Assembly (NCBI GenBank): GCA_022813865.1 | Contig: JALDZX010000097.1 | Coordinates: 1 to 44,223 of the forward strand | DNA length: 44,223 bases | Direction of reading: 5' to 3' | From: Xylographa opegraphella | Lineage: Eukaryota | In this document: positions 37,910 through 44,223 of the stretch, piece after piece | Numbering within the stretch: position 1 is the first letter of the stretch | Layout of the letters: every line of letters begins with the position of its first letter | Made by a program: the position numbers and the translations under genes | Notes under the pieces: generated by a model | The model's database searches: none | The model's input: the letters and a program-made list of their open reading frames with translations, nothing else | What the model was told of the DNA's origin: nothing

Positions 37910-39780
37910 ATGCCTACTCTCGCGGTCACGAACTTCAACATCGTCTGTGCCACGTTGGGCGGCTTCATCACACTCTTCGGACTGGTGTCGTACCTCTTCA
38001 AGGAGCGGCTGTTTCTGTCGGAAGCCTGTGAGTCGTGTCCACGGATTCCAGCCGTCAGCCTGGATGGAGATCGTAGCTAATGTGCCCTTAGTAATCTCGC
38101 TCCTCGCTGGCGTTGCACTCTCCCCTCATGCCGCAAACTTCATTCGGCCATTGGACTATGCTGGGGGATCGGAGTTGAATCTGGCGAGCATCACGCTGTA
38201 CTTTTCCCGCTTGGTGCTCGGAGTGCAATTGGTCCTTGCTGGCGTCCAGCTGCCGAGTAAATATCTGCTCCGAGAATGGAAGAGCCTGGCCCTGCTCCTG
38301 GGTCCAGGCTTGACCGTTATGTGGCTGAGTAGTAGTCTCCTCGTCTGGGCCATGGTGCCCAACTTCTCCTTCTTGCACGCGCTTGCCGTCGGTGCCTGTG
38401 TCACGCCAACTGATCCGGTTCTATCCAACTCGATCGTCAAGGGCAAGTTCGCGGACAAGAACATCCCCAAGGACCTGCAGCGGATCATCACCGCCGAATC
38501 CGGGTCCAACGACGGTCTCGGATATCCCTTTCTGTACTTCGCACTCTACTTGATCAAGTACACCGGCGACGACGGCGCCGGCCAGTCGGGTGGTGCGAGG
38601 GTTGCGATGGGGTTATGGTTTGGGGAGTCGTGGGGTTATACCATCCTGCTCAGCGTGGTCTATGGAGCCGTGGTTGGGTGGATCGCCAAGGAATTACTTC
38701 ACTGGGCGGAAGATCGTAAATTCGTGGACCGGGAGAGCTTCATTGTCTTTGCCATCACGCTTGCGGTAGGTGCCCTGGGCGGCTTTTCGATTTTATAGCT
38801 CACATGGCCTCATTAGCTGTTCATCGTTGGGACTTGTGGGATGATTGGCAGCGACGATATCCTGGCATGCTTCATAGCTGGTAATGTCTTTACCATCGAG
38901 TGAGTGATTGGGTTGGGTTGGCGATCGAGTTCTGGCTGATCATTGTGAAGCGACTGGTTCCGATTGGAGACTCTGGACGATTCCTTACAGCCCACGATTG
39001 ACATGCTGCTGAATCTTGCAATCTTCATGTGGTACGGCGCCGTCTGTCCATGGAACTCGTTCCTACACAACGATGTGATTCCCATATACCGTCTCATTGT
39101 CTTGGGTATTCTCATTCTGCTATTCAGACGCCTGCCTGTGGTTTACGCCATGCATTGGAAAATACCGCAGATTGAAGAGAAGCAGCAGGCATTGTTCGTC
39201 GGATTTTTCGGTCCGATTGGGGTCAGTGCTATTTTCTATCTGTACATCAGCCTCGAGTTCTTGGACGAGATCACGGTCGATGGCGTCGTCCGTGAAGATG
39301 CTGCGAAGCTGCAAGACGTCGTGATGGTGGTGGTTTGGTTCCTGGTGATCTGTTCCATTGTGAGTTTGTGGCAATCGATCCGGGATCTGTGGTGTCATTG
39401 TGCTGATACTCCTCCAGATTGTGCACGGCCTCAGCGTACCCCTTGGTAAGCTTGGCTATCACCTTCCTCGGACCATCTCCAGCGCTATGGAATCCAGGGA
39501 CGTCGACGAGCCCGAGTCGTTCCATATCAGTGAGCGCATCCAAAATACGGAGGAGCAGCTACGTCAGCGTCACCGTCTCCCAACCGAACAGCGTGGACGT
39601 GACGAGTCGCCTCCGAGGCCGGTCTTCAAGATCGGCGGTTCAATTATTCATCCCCGGCATGAAGATCGGGAGGCTGCCGAGCCGCGGAACGACGTGACAT
39701 CCAGGGGCAATGCACCGCAGCGGATGAATAATGTTGGAGAATTAATCCCGAAGGAGCCGAGTACCGATGACAGTGTGTAA
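37910..39780 (+). CDS. CPA1-family Na+(K+)/H+ antiporter (Nha1/Sod2-like), 5 exons
   Basis: MPTLAVTNFNIVCATLGGF..KERLFLSEA, TPTDPVLSNSIVKGKFAD, AESGSNDGLGYPF, GSDDILACF, RRLP, GFFGPIGVSA, VHGLSVP. Confidence 0.93.
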
Positions 39781-40786
39781 TGTATCGCTTGCAACTATAG
39801 TCATATATAGAATAGATCTCGTGACTCGTAATATAGAGAACGTACACGATCTAGCCGGCTGGGCGGACACGATTAACGGATAAACTATCGATAGGACAAG
39901 TCTATCCAGCATGCACAGTATCAGTAAATAAAAACCGAAATTGGAAGATTCGTGGAAACGTGGCTATGGTGGTGACCTAAGCACCCGTACCTCCGAGGCC
40001 ACCGAGACTGTCTTCTCGGCCGTTTCAACCATGGGATTCCCGTCTTGAGCTCGGGTCACTACGAAGCAGAACAGTAGACGCACTAAATTCTCACCCGGTC
40101 GTTGAAGGATCTGTGTCTCCAGACGGCGAATAAGTTCGTATTAACCAGATCCTTCCGACGTCTTTCCCTGAACCTCGTCAGCATACCTGAAGAGCAGGAG
40201 ACGACCGGTGTCAATGCACTACGAATGCATGCCCCTTTCGAGCCATCGGGTCGGGCAACTCCGTCCGCCTCCTGTGGTCGGTGTGATTTCGGCTTCTCCC
40301 GTATTATTGCCATCGATGCCAATCATGCTACGATACAGCACGATAGTGGAAGCGTGAGATACATGGATGCTGATTGCAAACCCCGGTATGTCTATCTCGA
40401 AGCTACCGGCTGCTTTTGTGCGGTGTTCGACTGAATGAGACGTAAAGTTGATTGCGGCCGAGGGGTTCCCGTCCCCATCTTACAACGCTGATGATATCTT
40501 CCTCTCAGAGAAGAACTGTTCTGCTGCTTCATAGCGTTGCTTACCGGTACATGTCAGCTTGCTGCCTAAGCCGTGTATGCATATCACGAGAGACCGCTGC
40601 GCCGTTGGAAGGATGGCGAATACGAGTCCGGGTTATGAGATATCTATATAAGAACTTGATTGTCTAATGTTTGATTATTCCCCCCACACTCAAGTATTGG
40701 GCTCAGTTCAATCTCCAGTCTTCCAGTCTAACCCATTCACACGAAACTTTCCAATCCTTTCTACCCATCAAGTCTGAAATTGTACA

Positions 40787-41292
40787 ATGGCGCCTCTAAC
40801 ACGCATTCTGTTCCTCGCTGTCAGCGCCGTCTCCATTGTTTGCGCCGCTCCCGTCGCAGATCTGCATCCTAGGCAGGAGCCAGCGACCGTCAACTTCGTT
40901 CCATACGCTGGTCCTGGCTGTGATATGAGCACGAACCCGTTCGATCATACCAAACCCGCGGTGTAAGTGGTTCGTGTCCTCGATTTCTCATCTCACCCGC
41001 TGATTCAATCTCGCCATACAGCTACAACGTCACAACCTCCTCAGGCTGCATCACACCACCATACGCCTTCGCCTCCTACGTCGAAGAGGCGAATGCCGAA
41101 GCCGACAGCGGCTCGTGTGCGCTCAGTATCTTCACCGGGCCGGATTGTACAGGTCCGTTTGGAAGCATGAGGAGCTCGAGGGGACGAAAGCTGACAGAGA
41201 CAGGTTCGGTGTCGGCGGCAACTCTGACGTCGTATGAGGACTGCGTTGTGGGCGTCATTGGACAGAGCTTTAGCTTCAACTGCGGGCCTTGA
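40787..41292 (+). CDS. Small secreted cysteine-rich protein, 131 aa, 3 exons (not in the ORF track)
   Basis: Exons 40787-40962, 41022-41152, 41204-41292 with GT/CTGAY/CAG signals join in frame to give MAPLTRILFLAVSAVSIVCA-APVADLHPRQEPATVNFVPYAGPGC...SFSFNCGP*. Signal peptide, 6 Cys in the mature part, TATATAA near 40645. Confidence 0.85.
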
Positions 41293-41432
41293 ATGTGTGG
41301 TTATCAGAGCTGGAAGCGCGTGAAGCACGAGCTGGGAAAGATGATGTGCTGACATCGATTGACCCTTTGGATGGCTACCTGCTATGCTGTTTACATAGAT
41401 AGTAGATTACTAGATCGACCTGAGCTCGAACT

Positions 41433-42230
41433 TTAGACCGACTTCAGTCCCTCCTTCAATTGCGACCCTTCGTGAGGATAGCCATGCGGATAGAATGGAT
41501 CCCGCTTGCTAGCCTCGACCTTTCCTTTGGCCACGTAGCCCTCACCCATCACCTGCTTCTCCGCCTCCGCCTCGTTCTCATAGTATAGGGCCCAGAATAC
41601 CAGAAAGGCCTTCAGTCCCTTTTGTCCCAGCCCGCTCAGTGGCTGCACGATCTTTCTATATGCCTCGAGGACATACTCCCCATTCGAGTCCGTGACCTGC
41701 TGCTCCTCATAGACACCAGAGCCCAGGGCCGCATCCACGGCCAGCGTCAGATTCCCCAAGTTCAGCTCCTCCCGGATGAAGGCCACCAGCGCCGCCCACT
41801 CACCCGGCAGAGCACTCCCGACCTGGGTCCAGCCTTCAACCTGGTCCGGATCCAGGCACAAGTCCAGGTCGCGGATCTCCCTCGCCTGCGGACCCTGCGC
41901 GCGCAGCCAGGCGAGGGACGCGGCCGGTGAGCCGGACATGATGATGCGGTTCTGCGACAGGAGAACGGTGCGCGCGTCGGACGCGAGGGACGTGTCGAGC
42001 AGGGATTGCAGCAGCGCGGTGGGTGGCGAGGGGCAGTCGCAGTCGTCGGAGTGGAGCGAGTAGTCGTGCGCTTCGCCTTTGCTGAGTGCGCCGTCGACCA
42101 CGTGGAGGCCCGAGGGCGCGCCGCGGCTGTCCCGCGGGACGAGGGCGGTCGCGGCGAGGACTTCTTGACGGAGTTCGGGGGGCAGGGTGGTCAATGTGGA
42201 GAGCGAGGGGGGGAGAGCGGAGGTGGACAT
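41433..42230 (-). CDS. Hypothetical cytosolic acidic protein, 265 aa, with F-box-like N-terminal motif
   Basis: Intronless ORF with strong GC3 bias from ATG 42230 (MSTSALPPSLSTLTTLPPELRQEVL). LxxLPxELR and IRDLDL motifs are typical of fungal F-box-like orphans. Confidence 0.75.
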   Translation of the reverse strand: MSTSALPPSLSTLTTLPPELRQEVLAATALVPRDSRGAPSGLHVVDGALSKGEAHDYSLHSDDCDCPSPPTALLQSLLDTSLASDARTVLLSQNRIIMSGSPAASLAWLRAQGPQAREIRDLDLCLDPDQVEGWTQVGSALPGEWAALVAFIREELNLGNLTLAVDAALGSGVYEEQQVTDSNGEYVLEAYRKIVQPLSGLGQKGLKAFLVFWALYYENEAEAEKQVMGEGYVAKGKVEASKRDPFYPHGYPHEGSQLKEGLKSV

Positions 42231-43278
42231 GATGGGGCGGAAATGGAGAACTGAGAAAGTTGTGAGATTGAGGAGTGTAATTCTTCCTATGGGAGATAGT
42301 AAAGAGTTCTGGATTCGTGAACGCGGGCTGTGGAGATACAGATATTTCAGAGCTTTCAGAGAGAAAGGAAAAGGGAGCTGTATAGGGAACCTGATAGAGT
42401 CGAGAACAACCCCCAACATGATGGGTCATGTTTTTGCATCATTCACACCTGCAGATCCGACGGCCATCTCAGACATCTGCATGCTTTCGAGTTGTTGTGA
42501 CTGTTGTTGTGCTTCACTCCTTCGCGCGTTTCAGCGCTAGCTCGAAAGGCGCCGTTTGGCTAACGTCAGCAGCTAATCGGCCGTTGATTGGCCAGCCTCG
42601 CGCACAGCCGAGCCCAAGCAGCGCGCCAGCTGCGCAAACCAACGTCCGCACTCGTCACCCTCCTTTTCGGAACCTCATCGATTGTTCTGCACCCATGGCT
42701 TCGGGTGGACTGTGCTATGTGCAGCTAACAACCAAATCTGCAGCCGAACAACCCGTGGGTGTTAGGTTTGATCATGTTTGAAGAGATGGATGATGAATCT
42801 GGGTTGTTCTTTACGTTCGCGGCATGGATCTTCGTTTCCATTAAGATATTCTCTCGATCCAAGCACTGCTACTGGCTGCACTGCTACCGTCTGTTATGTC
42901 AATATTTTGTGCTCTGTTATGTCAAAGCCTAGTGCTTGGTTGTTGTGGCAAATCGTCCCTTTCCCAGAACCGCTGCGGATGATTTACTAACAAGATGTTC
43001 AAAGCACGTTCCTTGAGCTTGTGAAACGTCTGCAGCATCTATGAGTTATTGCTAACGAGTTGTATTGGCAGAATACTCGTGTTAGTATTACTGCCTGGAT
43101 TTCATCTGCACATAGCGAGAACAGCTATATAATCTTCCTTCTGCGTCGTCAATACATCCCATCATCCACTTCGCTTTTCCTTTATCTCGTTTGACATTCG
43201 CTGGCTAGTCCGCGAATCCTGTTTTTCTTTCCACTCTAGAGCCGGTCTCTATTTCACAGCCAGCGATAATTTCCCATC

Positions 43279-44100
43279 ATGCTTTCGAAAACCTTCAACG
43301 TCTGGGCCCTTGGTCTTTTACTTGCCCTCGGCGCGCAAGGAACCCCCACCGGATATGCCGACCATATGGAGCGCTCTTTACTGAGTGGTATCGAGAAAGT
43401 CGTGCAAAGCGGTGGTACCCGATATCAAGCCACAGAGTCGCACACCGGTTCCATTTCCAAAGCCGACTTGAACGCCAAAACCGAAGAATTTCACAACGGC
43501 GTGCAACAGGCTCACGCCGCCAGCGGTTCCAATAGCAAGTGGGCCCCTAACATGAGCTCGGGTCAGCACCACGGCGATACAGTTCACTACTCCTCCACCG
43601 AGCGCGTTCAACCCGGTCAGCAAGGCGCTGGCCCGAGTGCCAAGTATCAACAGACGGCCGCACAAAAAGGTTGCGACCACCGCACGGGTGGTAAATGCAG
43701 CGAAGGGGGTACTATGGGTATGGTAACCGACAAGCACGGCGCGGATGTGAACATGAAGGGCGACAAGATTTCCTCCTTCGGCACGGCCAAACGGCCAGGT
43801 CAGACCAGCGGCGCACCCGTCACCGGCCACCACGAGGGCTGCCATGGCGGCGACGGCACGCACGGCTGCACCGACGTGATCGCGCACCACGGCTTAGACG
43901 ACGTCAACAAGCCCGGCCGACCGGGCACGCCACCCCCACCTCCGCATTACCAGCTCCCAACCGTAAGCTCGGCCGCGAAGCAGAAGCCGGCAATCCCGCA
44001 TACGCCGTCGAAGAAGAGCCATAAGAGAGCGGTCCTCAAGGTGATGCTGTTGGCCAGAAGGGCTGCGATGGAGGAGCTGCATTATGGGTATGAGTGGTAA
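43279..44100 (+). CDS. Secreted protein, 273 aa, with putative Zn-dependent deaminase-like fold
   Basis: Signal peptide MLSKTFNVWALGLLLALGAQG, intronless, coding-like codon bias, TATATAA at ~43126. Motif HRTGGKCSE...ISSFG...GC-x8-C. The gene call is solid; the fold is an inference. Confidence 0.75.
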   Translation: MLSKTFNVWALGLLLALGAQGTPTGYADHMERSLLSGIEKVVQSGGTRYQATESHTGSISKADLNAKTEEFHNGVQQAHAASGSNSKWAPNMSSGQHHGDTVHYSSTERVQPGQQGAGPSAKYQQTAAQKGCDHRTGGKCSEGGTMGMVTDKHGADVNMKGDKISSFGTAKRPGQTSGAPVTGHHEGCHGGDGTHGCTDVIAHHGLDDVNKPGRPGTPPPPPHYQLPTVSSAAKQKPAIPHTPSKKSHKRAVLKVMLLARRAAMEELHYGYEW

Positions 44101-44223
44101 AGTATCGAATATTTGATAGCTTTGAATATCGAGTAAAAACAATGAAATTTGAAATATTTATCGTGTTAATTGGTAGAAGCATCACTTGCTGGTAGGCATA
44201 AAGGAATACCTGAAGGCTAGTTC

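Noticed and set aside
358..44142. Numerous 60-200 aa ORFs antisense to or overlapping the called genes
   Set aside because: Shadow ORFs arising from GC-rich codon usage; none has an independent motif.

Overview
Gene-dense, intron-containing chromosomal segment of a filamentous ascomycete (Pezizomycotina-type introns: GT..CTRAC..YAG, mostly 45-65 nt). I reconstructed the spliced models by hand. In order: an AT-rich RIP-like relic; GH47 alpha-1,2-mannosidase; F-box/Cys-rich protein; divergent CAP59/GT69 mannosyltransferase; delta-12 oleate desaturase; TRAPPII subunit Trs130; tRNA deaminase subunit Tad3 head-to-head with a Cys-type GST; Spt23/Mga2 membrane-bound transcription factor; LtrA-family membrane protein; flavocytochrome b2-like enzyme ending in SKL; Pfk26-like 6-phosphofructo-2-kinase; RNase H1; Na+/H+ antiporter. 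The last 4 kb look accessory: a 131-aa six-cysteine secreted protein missed by the ORF track, an orphan gene, and a secreted protein with a deaminase-fold-like H..CxE..C..C signature, which is my best candidate for something undescribed. Other oddities are catalytic motifs built from 5-12 nt micro-exons, a GC-AG intron, a possible non-AUG mitochondrial RNase H1 isoform, and an in-frame intron inside the Spt23 membrane anchor. I saw no RNA genes, CRISPR arrays, intact transposons or secondary-metabolite backbone genes. All family assignments come from motif recognition, not database searches.
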